Positions 48,235 through 58,562 of a DNA stretch of 64,000 bases are shown here, piece after piece. The notes beneath the pieces were generated by a model, which did not search any database, was not told where the DNA came from, and saw nothing but the letters and a program-made list of their open reading frames with translations. A program made the translations under genes and the position numbers. The stretch comes from Candidatus Kaiserbacteria bacterium CG10_big_fil_rev_8_21_14_0_10_49_17. Lineage in GTDB: Bacteria; Patescibacteriota; Minisyncoccia; Phycocordibacterales; JABMNX01. Location: NCBI GenBank assembly GCA_002778575.1, contig PFBJ01000003.1, positions 11,057 through 75,056 of the forward strand, written 5' to 3'. Position 1 is the first letter of the stretch. The number at the start of each line of letters is the position of its first letter.

Positions 48235-49464
48235 CTACGAGCGCCTTCGCAAGCGCGTGCGATGCCAATTAATCGCAAAACGGTGCGCCTCGCTGTTTGC
48301 TAAAAGCACCGCCCTTTCATGCTCGCGCGCGAGCGCGCGATTTCCCTGAAACTCGCGCGGGCGGTGCCGCTCGTCTTTTACAACGCCAACTACCGGAATG
48401 CCAATTCCGTACTGTTTTAATACCGCTTGAGCCGCATGTACTTGCGCCTTCCCGCCATCTACCACAATCAGTTTCGGAAATGGCCACTCACTGTGCCCCA
48501 ATCGCCGAAGAAGCACTTCAGTGAGTCCCGCGACATCGTTGTTCACATCACGGCTGATTTTAAATTTTCGATACTCGCTCTTTTTCGCTTCACCACCCTC
48601 AACTACCGCCATGACGCCCACAACCTCTGCACCAGACGTGTGCGCAATATCATACGCTTCAATGCGATAGTCGCTTCCCGCTTTCCCGTATTCCTTAAAT
48701 TCATTTTTTATGAGCGATACGTCTTGAATATGTGAAAGGACGAATATCTGCCGCTTTAGCGCCTCCGCGTTCTCAAACTGCTCATTCTTTGCGTATGCGT
48801 TCATCTCCTTTTCAAGCTCAGCGAGAAGCTTCTTCTTTTTCCCGGAAAGAAATAGCGCAAGGTGCTTGATCGTTTTGCGGTACGCACGTTTATTCAACTC
48901 ACGCGGGTACACACCAATTTGCTGATTAAATACGAGTTTTTTTCTTTGCCGATCGCTCATATCGCTATCAATCGGAAACGGAGTGTCGAAATACGGGAAC
49001 AATTTCCGGATTATTTTCATCGCTTCCTTAAATTGCAATCCGTGCGGGTATGGACCAAAAAGATGTGTTGCCCCTACTTCTGCCACTTTCTTTTCAAGTT
49101 CCTTCCCGCGAACCGCAAGCACGCGGGGAAACTCTTCACCAGTAATGACAATGTAGTTGAAGCTCTTATCGTCTTTGTCCCGCGTATTGTACGGTGGCAG
49201 ATATCGCTTAATAAGATTTGCTTCGAGAATGAGTGCCTCGAGAACAGAATCAGTCTCCACGTATTCAACACTTTTTGCCTCTGCTACCATCTTCACGATA
49301 GCCGGCCCCCGTGTCTCAATAAGGTCTTTTGAAAAGTAAGAGCGAACGCGACTCTTAAGCGATGTGGCTTTCCCGACATAGAGGAGTTTTCTGCGCGCAC
49401 CGCGAAAGAGGTACACGCCCGGTGCATCAGGTAATGAAAACTGCTCCAGTTCCTCTTTCAGCAT
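48235..49464 (-). CDS. uvrC: Excinuclease ABC subunit C (short; no HhH tail)
   Basis: GIY-YIG PGVY..YVGKA, UVR domain FENA..L, RNase H-like IEAYDIAH, VDGGKAQ, EAHRFAI. Confidence 0.92.
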   Translation of the reverse strand: MLKEELEQFSLPDAPGVYLFRGARRKLLYVGKATSLKSRVRSYFSKDLIETRGPAIVKMVAEAKSVEYVETDSVLEALILEANLIKRYLPPYNTRDKDDKSFNYIVITGEEFPRVLAVRGKELEKKVAEVGATHLFGPYPHGLQFKEAMKIIRKLFPYFDTPFPIDSDMSDRQRKKLVFNQQIGVYPRELNKRAYRKTIKHLALFLSGKKKKLLAELEKEMNAYAKNEQFENAEALKRQIFVLSHIQDVSLIKNEFKEYGKAGSDYRIEAYDIAHTSGAEVVGVMAVVEGGEAKKSEYRKFKISRDVNNDVAGLTEVLLRRLGHSEWPFPKLIVVDGGKAQVHAAQAVLKQYGIGIPVVGVVKDERHRPREFQGNRALAREHERAVLLANSEAHRFAINWHRTRLRRRS

Positions 49465-49498
49465 AGAATGAGCGTACTGTCTTCAAGAGAGAATGCAA

Positions 49499-50980
49499 CT
49501 ATCGTTTCTTTTGAATTAGATTTTGAAAGTTTATTCCCTTCCGTCGCAGTACGATTCCGGCGCCAATCACAAGGAGTACCAGACAGCTAAGGGTGATTAA
49601 GACGCTTTGCGCAAATGGACTGAAAATACTGACACTCGTAGAACACGGCGCCCCCACAAGCGACTCGCACCGGTATGTATTAAACAGCTCTACTGGTTCA
49701 TGTCCCTCATTTTTGAGTTTTGCGTATACACCGAATGACTGCAGTCCTGAGACACCGTTAAGCAGTTCGATAAATTCCTTCATAGGCGACGGAATCACCT
49801 CCCGAATGCGCACGGTATCACGCACTCGCCCATCCGGCTCTGAAATCGCAATGTCCACGGTTGTAAACCCGGTCGGCTCGCCGCGCTGCTCCAGACACAC
49901 CACGACATTGCTTTTTGCGGTTAGTGGGTAAGAGTCGACGCCGAGGTAGCGTATCGCGGGATATGCGCCGCGGTATTGGTAAAACCGAACAATGTAAAGC
50001 GAGTGCGCCCCTCCCCACGAAACATCAAAAACAATTGAGTGCAATCCCGGTGCTCGAGTGCTTACTGAAATAGTCTGATTCGCATGCGCGTCAGGTCCTA
50101 AAAGTAAATTGCTAGGCCCGTCAGACGCATCAAGCAGGTACGTTGTTCCAAATGTGCCGCCACTGTAGTGCTTCCACGACACGCTAACCTCCTGCGATTC
50201 GTTACTAGTAAGCGTATTGTCGATCGGAATAGTAACGGTTACCTCTTCTTGCTCCGGCGCTTCAACTACAGCACCCACGCCCGCATACGGCTCACCTGCA
50301 AGGGTTACAGTACTTCTATCTACATACACACCGCGCGAAGGACCAGAAATCTTAAACGGCACATACCCAACTGAAGAATTGTCCGAATACGGAGTGCCGA
50401 TAATGTGAAATGCTCCTGAGGCAATGAGCTCAACTGCCGTGTAGTAGTCTCCCGCCACAGTTCCCCGCGGGACTACCCAAAGAAATGAAAGTGATTCAGA
50501 CTCTCCGTGTTGTAGTGAAAAATTTTTGGGCAAGTACCACTCCTCAACTATATGATCTCCGAAACGTCGTCGCATATTCTCATCCGGCTCTTTCCTGAAT
50601 ATCCGAATGCGAATGTGTGAGTCCGGAATCGGGTACGGACTGTGATTCTGTATACTTCCGGAAAATGAAATGCTCTCGTACGGCTCATACACGTCCTTCT
50701 CCGTTTGCAGGTCAACCGAGACAGCGCGCCAGTCTTCTGTGCATGCCCGTACCGGACTATTCTTTTCAGCTGTTGCTGTGTGCGGGACAATATCAATACG
50801 CTCTTCCGCGCTCTTAGGAATAATGAAACCCCGTCCTTCAAAAAGCTCAACTGGATACTGGAGTGCCCCGCGTGGCGGGACAGGTGCCCCGTCTTTTATT
50901 TCAAGCGGGGGCAGTGTCTCTTGCGCGTGCACAGCTGTTGCAAAGACAAGGAAAGGAATGATAAGGAGAAATTTTTTCAT
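49499..50980 (-). CDS. Secreted beta-rich surface protein with C-terminal TM anchor
   Basis: Signal peptide ending AVHA; C-terminal hydrophobic helix followed by RRK. Confidence 0.75.
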   Translation of the reverse strand: MKKFLLIIPFLVFATAVHAQETLPPLEIKDGAPVPPRGALQYPVELFEGRGFIIPKSAEERIDIVPHTATAEKNSPVRACTEDWRAVSVDLQTEKDVYEPYESISFSGSIQNHSPYPIPDSHIRIRIFRKEPDENMRRRFGDHIVEEWYLPKNFSLQHGESESLSFLWVVPRGTVAGDYYTAVELIASGAFHIIGTPYSDNSSVGYVPFKISGPSRGVYVDRSTVTLAGEPYAGVGAVVEAPEQEEVTVTIPIDNTLTSNESQEVSVSWKHYSGGTFGTTYLLDASDGPSNLLLGPDAHANQTISVSTRAPGLHSIVFDVSWGGAHSLYIVRFYQYRGAYPAIRYLGVDSYPLTAKSNVVVCLEQRGEPTGFTTVDIAISEPDGRVRDTVRIREVIPSPMKEFIELLNGVSGLQSFGVYAKLKNEGHEPVELFNTYRCESLVGAPCSTSVSIFSPFAQSVLITLSCLVLLVIGAGIVLRRKGINFQNLIQKKR

Positions 50981-50981
50981 A

Positions 50982-52751
50982 CTAAAATTCTTCAAAATCT
51001 GGAATCAACCCTACCGTTATCGAATCTGACACGTCCCCTTGGGCGCTTTCGCACACAATAGTAAACGTACTTTTTTGGTCAACGCGAACGCTTGTCGTCC
51101 CGTCCCACTGCGTAAGATTGTTTGACTGCCGACGCACGATACCAGGTCCGCTTAATTCGCAAGAATTTTTTGTAATATCGACTGCCGACCACGACAAGAC
51201 AATACTGTCACCAGCTCGTATGAGCGAATCCGCCGGAATGACCGCTATATCAACGGTCGGCGAGGCCACATACACCTCAACCGAATCTTCTGCCGGCGAC
51301 CCAATACCGGAGCACAGAATTCGATACACCGTACTCGGAGCACTTGGTACTACAACAAGCCCTGTACTGTTATGCGTCTGTCCGCCGGTTGAGAATCCTG
51401 CTCCGCTGCAGCTGCTTGCATTGTTGCTGCTCCACGTAAGCAGCGCGGATTCTCCGTCAGATACAGTCGCAGAGTTTTCACCGTTCACACGAAGGTCAAC
51501 CGAAACAGGCAGAGCCGGATTGATAGTAATGTTGTGCGTACTCCACGCTGAACGGTTCCCTATTTCATCCTCTGCAAGCGCCTGAAACGTGTAAGAGCCG
51601 GCGGATCCCCACCCGTATGAACTGTCTCCACTTGACCCAGATGAGACATACCCACTTGAGGGGACCCACTCATCAACTGAAGCGTTCTCGTCCCAGTCGA
51701 TACCGTATCGCAGCGTGTCTCCATCCGGGTCGGTTGAAAGAAACGTAAACTGTGTCAGTACCGACGGGTAACTGCTTGCCGCGCCGCTAATGACTGGTGG
51801 TGTCGGTGCGCTATTTGGCGTTTTCGCGTCACCGACGAACACAATACTCTGCGCGGGCACTGCGACTGAAAAAGCGCCGGATTCTCCAACGCGCCGCATC
51901 GGAGTATTGCTTCCCGCACAAAATGGATTGTTGACTGTCTCTGAGTATGTGCCAACCGGTATGGTAACGTCCCAAAAACGAATGGTCAGACGCTTTGTGA
52001 TTATGTCTCTGCTGTCATAGCGATAGTAAAAGTGTCCATCGACTGGCTCAAAGGTGAATCGAGACTCAATTGACCCTGGGCTGGTAACAGTACAAACAAA
52101 ACCAGTCGAATCGCACGAAAGCCCCGCACTGCCATTATGCTCAACACTCATGACCGGCTCATCGAGTGAAAGAGACGCATACACATCGCGACCTCTGGTA
52201 GTACCGAGGTATTCACTGGCAGGACATGTACTGTCTGCTTTCTCCTGTGCTGTTGATTGGCGAGGAGACGGCGGATTTAGCCACACAGTGTAGTAGAGAT
52301 TGTACTCAACACCCACAAAGTTGTCCGGTCCGGCATATGGAGTATTAAATGTTGAATCAATGACCGCTCTGGGTTCCCAATGCCCATTGAAGGTGCCTGG
52401 AACACTACTACTGGACCAGGTAATGTTTGAATCTGACAGCGGGCGAGGACGAAATTCTATAACCTGTCCAACAGAAACATCAGCATTTTGCGGAAGCGGC
52501 TGCTGTGTCGCGGTATCGATAACATCAACGTAGTACTGAACTGAGACAGTCGGACTGGTCAGGAAATCTGCAGTCTGCCATCCGCCGGGGTATGTTGTTG
52601 CATTCCAAATCTGATACCAATAATAAATTGGGTTTTCAAATTGAATTGAGCCGGGAATTGTACTGCTCCAAGAAGCAGAGAGAGCGTGCGCAGAAAATGG
52701 CGCAGAAAAAAGCAGTACGCATAAAACTAAACCGCGCCACACTGTTTGCAT
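50982..52751 (-). CDS. Secreted PKD/Ig-like repeat surface protein
   Basis: Signal peptide ending AHA; TDPDGD.LRYGIDWD and GSYT PKD-like motifs; LTWSS.NA..C modules; ends IPDFEEF. Confidence 0.78.
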   Translation of the reverse strand: MQTVWRGLVLCVLLFSAPFSAHALSASWSSTIPGSIQFENPIYYWYQIWNATTYPGGWQTADFLTSPTVSVQYYVDVIDTATQQPLPQNADVSVGQVIEFRPRPLSDSNITWSSSSVPGTFNGHWEPRAVIDSTFNTPYAGPDNFVGVEYNLYYTVWLNPPSPRQSTAQEKADSTCPASEYLGTTRGRDVYASLSLDEPVMSVEHNGSAGLSCDSTGFVCTVTSPGSIESRFTFEPVDGHFYYRYDSRDIITKRLTIRFWDVTIPVGTYSETVNNPFCAGSNTPMRRVGESGAFSVAVPAQSIVFVGDAKTPNSAPTPPVISGAASSYPSVLTQFTFLSTDPDGDTLRYGIDWDENASVDEWVPSSGYVSSGSSGDSSYGWGSAGSYTFQALAEDEIGNRSAWSTHNITINPALPVSVDLRVNGENSATVSDGESALLTWSSNNASSCSGAGFSTGGQTHNSTGLVVVPSAPSTVYRILCSGIGSPAEDSVEVYVASPTVDIAVIPADSLIRAGDSIVLSWSAVDITKNSCELSGPGIVRRQSNNLTQWDGTTSVRVDQKSTFTIVCESAQGDVSDSITVGLIPDFEEF

Positions 52752-52816
52752 GTGTTTTAGTATACCGCAGAGGTACGCTGTCATAGCTATTTCTGTGGGA
52801 AAAGAAACACCCGCCG

Positions 52817-53131
52817 CTATGCGGCAGGTGTTTTGATTTCCCCGTTTTGGACTGCAACCCACAGTCGCTTTACACGATACGAGAGAATGCCCGTCTGACA
52901 AAAAAATTGATACTCGTTTCTTATTTTTGAACGTGTTGAGGAATTGCGCAGTGCACTCATACCGATAACATGCCCTTCAGCCGCTATAAATATACCGAGT
53001 GTGCTCTTTACCTGAGGACAGAGGTGTTTTCGAACAATACGAAGCACACTATAAGCTCGTGAGGTATACTCCCCAAACTCTCCAAAAGTTTGCTTCGCAA
53101 TGAGCGCGCGCAACGGTGGTTTCTTTCTCAT
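52817..53131 (-). CDS. Possible small basic hypothetical protein
   Basis: AAGGGG SD-like sequence; fills the gap after uvrA; stop lies inside the hairpin at 52805-52834. Confidence 0.4.
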   Translation of the reverse strand: MRKKPPLRALIAKQTFGEFGEYTSRAYSVLRIVRKHLCPQVKSTLGIFIAAEGHVIGMSALRNSSTRSKIRNEYQFFCQTGILSYRVKRLWVAVQNGEIKTPAA

Positions 53132-53176
53132 GGTACCCCTTTACACTGGAGAACTTCTCTAAAGCGTAATGATACC

Positions 53177-55774
53177 CTACTTCGCTCTTTTAGTTTTCCC
53201 CAACATTTTTTTCAAATACGTTCCGGTGTATGAGTGCGTAACGTTTGCAATTTCTTCTGGTGTCCCTTTCGCGACCACTGTCCCGCCACCGACTCCCCCT
53301 TCCGGACCAATATCAATGCAGTAATCAGCGCTTTTTATAACATCGAGATTGTGCTCTATCACCACGACAGTATTTCCGCGCCGGACAAGCTCTTGGAGAA
53401 TTTCAATAAGTTTCGCCACATCCTCATAGTGAAGACCGATTGTTGGCTCATCAAGCAAGTATATGCTTTTTTGCACGTGCGGGCGGTACAGCTCAGATGC
53501 GATTTTTACGCGCTGTGCTTCCCCGCCAGAGAGCGTCGTCGCGCTCTGCCCAAGCTCAAGATAGCCAAGCCCTACATCGCATAGCGTCCGCAATCGGTCC
53601 GATATGGCGGGAATGTCATTGAAGAACTCGAGCGCTTCCTCAATTGTCATGTGGAGCACTTCATGTATATTCTTCTTGCGGTATGTCACTTCAAGGGTTT
53701 CTTTAGTAAACCGCTTTCCATTGCAGACGTCACACTCCACATAGACGGTTGGGAGAAAGTGCATTTCAACTGCAATCATTCCATTTCCTTGGCACGCCTC
53801 ACATCGCCCGCCTTTTACATTGAAGGAAAATCTCCCCGGCTTCCATCCGCGGGCACGCGCTTCAGAGCTTGCCGCGAAAAGGTCCCGAATATGGGTAAAA
53901 GCCCCTGTGTAGGTAGCAGGGTTTGAGCGCGGTGTGCGTCCGATTGGCGACTGGTCAATCAGTATCGCGCGCCCGAGGTACTCTGTCCCTTCAAAACGGG
54001 CACAGTTGAATGTCTTATTGTTTTTGTATTTCCTGTCAAACCGCGCACGAAGGTTTTTATGGAGAATCTCGTACATAAACGATGATTTCCCGGAACCGGA
54101 AACCCCAGTAATCGCAACGAGGCGGTTTAGTGGGACATCAACATTCATGTTTTTAATATTGTAAATTCCCCCTCCGCGAATTTTTATGGCACCTTTCGGA
54201 CTCGTTCGTCGCTCGTCCGGAATTTCAATTTCTCTATCCCCCCGTAAATAATCAAGTGTCACGGAGCCGGATGTATTTTTCTTTGCGGTTAGTAGCTTCT
54301 CGAGCCAATCTGCGACAACTATTTCTCCCCCGTGCACCCCTGCTCCTGGGCCAATGTCAACGAGATAATCTGACGCGTAAATCGTGTCCTCGTCATGCTC
54401 AACAATGACAATGGTATTCCCCAAATCACGCAAGTTGGTAAGTGTTTTGATAAGCAAATCATTGTCTCGCTGGTGGAGGCCAATAGTCGGCTCATCGAGC
54501 ACATAGAGCGCTCCTACCAAGCCGCTGCCAAGCTGGCTTGCAAGACGAATACGTTGTGCCTCTCCGCCAGAGAGCGTATTTGCCCGCCGATTTAATGTCA
54601 GATACTCAATACCGACATCAAGCATAAACTGCAAACGGCTTTCAATTTCACGCACTATTGCGGCAGAAATTTCTTTCTGTTTTTTTGTGAGCTTCAGTCC
54701 CTTAAGGAATGCGTGGGCTTCAGCTATTGAGAGGTCAGTGAACTGAACAATATTTTTCCCGTGTTGCGGATCGCCGCCAAGGTATACCCGCAGCGCTTCC
54801 GGTCGCAGACGCGCACCGCCGCACACATCGCACACTTCACTGCCGAAGTAGTGCTTGGTGCCAAGCCCGTTGCATTCCGGACACGCACCGTACGGCGAGT
54901 TGAAGGAAAAGAGTCGCGGTTCTACTTCCGGAAAAGAAGAACCGTCTTCCGGGCAAATAAACTTTGCCGAGAATACTTTCTCGATTCCATCCGCGCCCTC
55001 TATCTTTACGAGACCGTCACTCTCTTTAAGAGCCAATTCTATTGCCTCAGAGAGCCGCTCCCGCGCACTTTGCTTATCCTTTTCAAATTCACTGAGAAAA
55101 ATTTCATCAACGATTATATCAATATCGTGCTTTTTTGTTTTTGCAATCGTGATCCGTTCGCGGAGTCTCTGTTCAGCTCCATCAATCTTCACTTTCTCGT
55201 ACCCTCGACCAAGGAAGTCATAGAGCAGTTGGTAGTACTCTCCTTTCCGACCCACCACAACCGGAGCGAGCACCTTTAGCTTCTGCACTGAGTATTTTGC
55301 TCCAAGTATCTCTTTTTCGCTCTTATTTAAATTGTCTTTCTCGATCGTGGAGAGGATGCTGTTCATTATTTCTTCATGGGAAAGCTTCTCGATTGGCGTG
55401 TCATGATAAAGACAGTACGGTTGGCCGACTCGCGCGTAAAGTATGCGGAGGTAGTCATATATTTCAGTAATAGTTGCAACGGTTGAGCGGGGATTATTTG
55501 ACCGGCTTTTCTGGTCAATAGAAATTGCTGGAGAGAGACCGGAAATTTCATCAACATCCGGCTTTTGCATCTGACGAAGAAATTGCCGCGCATAGGACGA
55601 CAGTGATTCTACGTATTTCCGCTGCCCTTCAGCAAAAATGGTATCAAATGCCAATGAGGATTTACCGGAACCAGAAAGACCAGTAAAAACCACCATCTTA
55701 TTGCGTGGTATTTCCAGATCAACATTTTTTAGATTGTGGGTCTTTGCCCCTTTAATGCGTATTGATTCCTCCAT
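53177..55774 (-). CDS. uvrA: Excinuclease ABC subunit A (insertion domain deleted)
   Basis: [48 protein letters not shown] twice. Confidence 0.97.
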   Translation of the reverse strand: MEESIRIKGAKTHNLKNVDLEIPRNKMVVFTGLSGSGKSSLAFDTIFAEGQRKYVESLSSYARQFLRQMQKPDVDEISGLSPAISIDQKSRSNNPRSTVATITEIYDYLRILYARVGQPYCLYHDTPIEKLSHEEIMNSILSTIEKDNLNKSEKEILGAKYSVQKLKVLAPVVVGRKGEYYQLLYDFLGRGYEKVKIDGAEQRLRERITIAKTKKHDIDIIVDEIFLSEFEKDKQSARERLSEAIELALKESDGLVKIEGADGIEKVFSAKFICPEDGSSFPEVEPRLFSFNSPYGACPECNGLGTKHYFGSEVCDVCGGARLRPEALRVYLGGDPQHGKNIVQFTDLSIAEAHAFLKGLKLTKKQKEISAAIVREIESRLQFMLDVGIEYLTLNRRANTLSGGEAQRIRLASQLGSGLVGALYVLDEPTIGLHQRDNDLLIKTLTNLRDLGNTIVIVEHDEDTIYASDYLVDIGPGAGVHGGEIVVADWLEKLLTAKKNTSGSVTLDYLRGDREIEIPDERRTSPKGAIKIRGGGIYNIKNMNVDVPLNRLVAITGVSGSGKSSFMYEILHKNLRARFDRKYKNNKTFNCARFEGTEYLGRAILIDQSPIGRTPRSNPATYTGAFTHIRDLFAASSEARARGWKPGRFSFNVKGGRCEACQGNGMIAVEMHFLPTVYVECDVCNGKRFTKETLEVTYRKKNIHEVLHMTIEEALEFFNDIPAISDRLRTLCDVGLGYLELGQSATTLSGGEAQRVKIASELYRPHVQKSIYLLDEPTIGLHYEDVAKLIEILQELVRRGNTVVVIEHNLDVIKSADYCIDIGPEGGVGGGTVVAKGTPEEIANVTHSYTGTYLKKMLGKTKRAK

Positions 55775-55860
55775 CTCACTAGAGATAGGTTGCCCTTAAG
55801 CAACCGTTTACATAAGCACTTATTGAATATATTCCTTATTCTTTTAGCAATGGTCTGTGT

Positions 55861-55946
55861 GACCCCCGCGCAACCATCGCATGTAATGGGCCACGCAAGC
55901 CTTCGACCCCTGCGTGGTGGTAGGGGGTTGTGTATGGAGTATAGCA
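55861..55946 (-). promoter_or_regulatory. Extended -10 promoter followed by a three-way-junction structured leader upstream of uvrA
   Basis: TGCTATACT at 55946-55938; stems ACCCCC/GGGGGT, CCACGCAGG/CTTGCGTGG and CCAT/ATGG. Confidence 0.5.
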
Positions 55947-55952
55947 GAGAGG

Positions 55953-56384
55953 CTACGCACTGTCTCTAAGCGCTTTGCTATCTGTCTCTGCCGGCATTTC
56001 TTCGGATTGTGCCGAAAGTTCACTCTCGATGGTACGGACAACATCATCGAGAGTAAGTGTTGCTTTAATCAAAAACTTTTTTGCTCCCAATTCTTTTCCT
56101 TTTTCCAGATCGCTTTCCTGCCCAAGGTTCGAAAGGACAATGACTGGAATTTGCTTGAGTATCGGACTGCTTTTTACCTGCCGTAAGACTTCAAAACCGT
56201 CAACTCCCGGGAGCAGAATATCAAGCAGTATGACATCGGGCTTATTATCCTTGAGTATTTCAAGCGCCTCCTCACCAGTGCGTGCATGCATGACGTAATA
56301 CGAGCTGCCGCCAAGCTTGCGCAGCAAGAGGTCAGAGAGAAGCTTATCGTCTTCTACAACGAGTATGTTATTCCGGCTTGCCAT
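55953..56384 (-). CDS. Single-domain response regulator (receiver only)
   Basis: ILVVEDD, ILLDILLP..DG, IVLSN, FLIK. Confidence 0.93.
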   Translation of the reverse strand: MASRNNILVVEDDKLLSDLLLRKLGGSSYYVMHARTGEEALEILKDNKPDVILLDILLPGVDGFEVLRQVKSSPILKQIPVIVLSNLGQESDLEKGKELGAKKFLIKATLTLDDVVRTIESELSAQSEEMPAETDSKALRDSA

Positions 56385-58443
56385 TTGGGTTAAGTGGAAG
56401 GGTTACTGAGAATGTGGTCCCGACGCCTTCCTCAGAGTGTACCACAATTGTGCCGTTATGATTATCTACAACGCTTTTCGTAATGAAAAGTCCGAGCCCT
56501 GAACCGTCTGTAAACATTTGTGTCGCTTTTCTAGAGCGGAAAAATTTTTCAAAAAGGCGCTTCTGTTCTTCCTTGGGAATACCAATACCGCTGTCAGTTA
56601 CCGAAATTCCAATGCCACCTTTTTCCTTTGAAACTGAAAGCGAGACCATGCCACCCTTTTGGGTGTATTTAATAGCATTATCAACAAGGTTGTTGAGCAG
56701 GATTGAGATTTTTTCCGGATCGAACATAAATTCCGGCACATCCGCATCAACAGTTGCGCTGAATTTAACACCTTTTTGCTCAGCAACTCCCGCAAAGCCG
56801 TTTCGCACCGACTCAACCAGCGGGTGTATATCTCCTTTACTAAACTGGTAATCAAAGCGTTCATCTGAAATGCGCGCGACATTGAGGAAGTCATTTACCA
56901 GCTGCACCATTTCCGCCGCGCGCGCATCACCGCTTTCAACAACCTCTTTCTGGTCTTTATTGAGTTTTCCCAGCTCTCCGCTGCGCAGAATGTTAAATAC
57001 CCAGCGCAAACCTGAAACTGGCGTGCGGAGCTGGTGAGCGGCGATTGTAATAAATTCGTTTTTTGAACGCTCTATTGCTTTTTCCCGTGTCACATCACGA
57101 ATAAGCACCAGTTCACCTTTTCGCGTTCCTAATTTAAACGGTAACCTCTGAACTTGAATTTCCCTTTCATGGGGATAGGTAATAGTAAGCTCAGCGCTGC
57201 CGCTTGCGGGGAGGGGTTCCGCCGCGCTTTCTCTCTCCTCTTTTGGTTTTGCGGAGAGCGCCGCCGCCAAAGACTGGTACGCTTTTTCTTTTCCCCACTC
57301 GGCAACCTTTTTCCCCGTGACCTCCTCTCTCGTAATACCGAGCAAAATCTCTGCCGTGCTGTTTATTCGCTCTATCACCTCGCCGGCAGAAAGCTCAATA
57401 ATACCGACGGGGAGATTCTCAATTATTGTTTCAACGTGAATCTTTTCATCCGCAAGCTCCCCCGTTCGTTCCGCCACTTTCTCTTCCAATGTCTCATTCA
57501 AATCACGTAAATTCGCTGACACCCGCTCAAGTTCTTCTCGCTGCGTTACTTCATGCAAGACAGAACGAATAAGAAAAATCCCGAGAACAATCGTCGCGAC
57601 CAAAAGTGCGATATCGGGAAGGGCATCGGTAAGCGTCGGGGCAAGTAGTACTCGGAAAAACAGCAAACCCCAAAGAGCAAAAATGAAGACCTGCGTCGCA
57701 ATAAGGCGAATATTGAAAAGCTGGTGGCGCAGGATTGCGTAGGTCACGCCAAAAGCAAATATCGGCCCGGTGAGAAAAGTGACGAAGAGCGACACGTAGT
57801 CATTCGCACCGTACCCATACCACGGTCCGTACCCGGCAAGCCGTGTCATGACAGGTATCTCAAGCGCAAGGATCATCAGGAGTCCCATTATTCTCGCTTC
57901 TTTGCTCTTGCCGGTTCGCCACAAGAGGAACATCACAAAAAACGAAAAGAGCACGGCAACAACAAAGAAACCGATAAAGTAAATGAGGTACGGCCCTGCT
58001 TCAGGTGTGAGCTGTATCGCCGGGGACTCGGTAAGCTTTCCGATAAGGTAATTCGTACCGGTAATATCGCTTAGAAACGGCAAAAGAAAGAGCGCATCAA
58101 TCGCAACAAGCGCGTACGCAATATCGCGCATGACCTTATTAGCCGGCTTAAACTTCTCGTATACAACAATTGAAAAGAGAATCAGCGCAGCAATAAATGG
58201 AATACTGAATGCTTGTGAGACAGTACGGTAGAGGAGCGCGAGCCACAGATCGTCCGTCGTACTGTAAAGAAATGCGAAAAGGTTTATGAGGCCTCCAAAT
58301 AGCGCGAGAGTTGCATAACGTCTTGCAATCGGGTCCCGATACGCCGTGGTTACGAGGAAGAAGAATGCAATTGCAAGGACAAAGAAAAGAAAGCCAAATG
58401 AAATGGCTTGTATATCAGCAGGAGTAAGGTTTAAGAAACTCAT
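56368..58443 (-). CDS. Multi-TM PAS-domain sensor histidine kinase
   Basis: TM region; PAS (IIENLPVG...IN..AE.LLG, RDVT); AAHQLRTP, NLVDNAIKY, GSGLGL. Confidence 0.93.
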   Translation of the reverse strand: MSFLNLTPADIQAISFGFLFFVLAIAFFFLVTTAYRDPIARRYATLALFGGLINLFAFLYSTTDDLWLALLYRTVSQAFSIPFIAALILFSIVVYEKFKPANKVMRDIAYALVAIDALFLLPFLSDITGTNYLIGKLTESPAIQLTPEAGPYLIYFIGFFVVAVLFSFFVMFLLWRTGKSKEARIMGLLMILALEIPVMTRLAGYGPWYGYGANDYVSLFVTFLTGPIFAFGVTYAILRHQLFNIRLIATQVFIFALWGLLFFRVLLAPTLTDALPDIALLVATIVLGIFLIRSVLHEVTQREELERVSANLRDLNETLEEKVAERTGELADEKIHVETIIENLPVGIIELSAGEVIERINSTAEILLGITREEVTGKKVAEWGKEKAYQSLAAALSAKPKEERESAAEPLPASGSAELTITYPHEREIQVQRLPFKLGTRKGELVLIRDVTREKAIERSKNEFITIAAHQLRTPVSGLRWVFNILRSGELGKLNKDQKEVVESGDARAAEMVQLVNDFLNVARISDERFDYQFSKGDIHPLVESVRNGFAGVAEQKGVKFSATVDADVPEFMFDPEKISILLNNLVDNAIKYTQKGGMVSLSVSKEKGGIGISVTDSGIGIPKEEQKRLFEKFFRSRKATQMFTDGSGLGLFITKSVVDNHNGTIVVHSEEGVGTTFSVTLPLNPNGKPE

Positions 58444-58562
58444 CTATGCCTCTAGTATAGGCGTAAATACGCTGAGGTGTGGCATGGACTGTGGACATGC
58501 GACTCGTTTCAATTCAGCAATGTATGTACACTTAAGGCACTAGTAAATTAATTATTTTCAAC

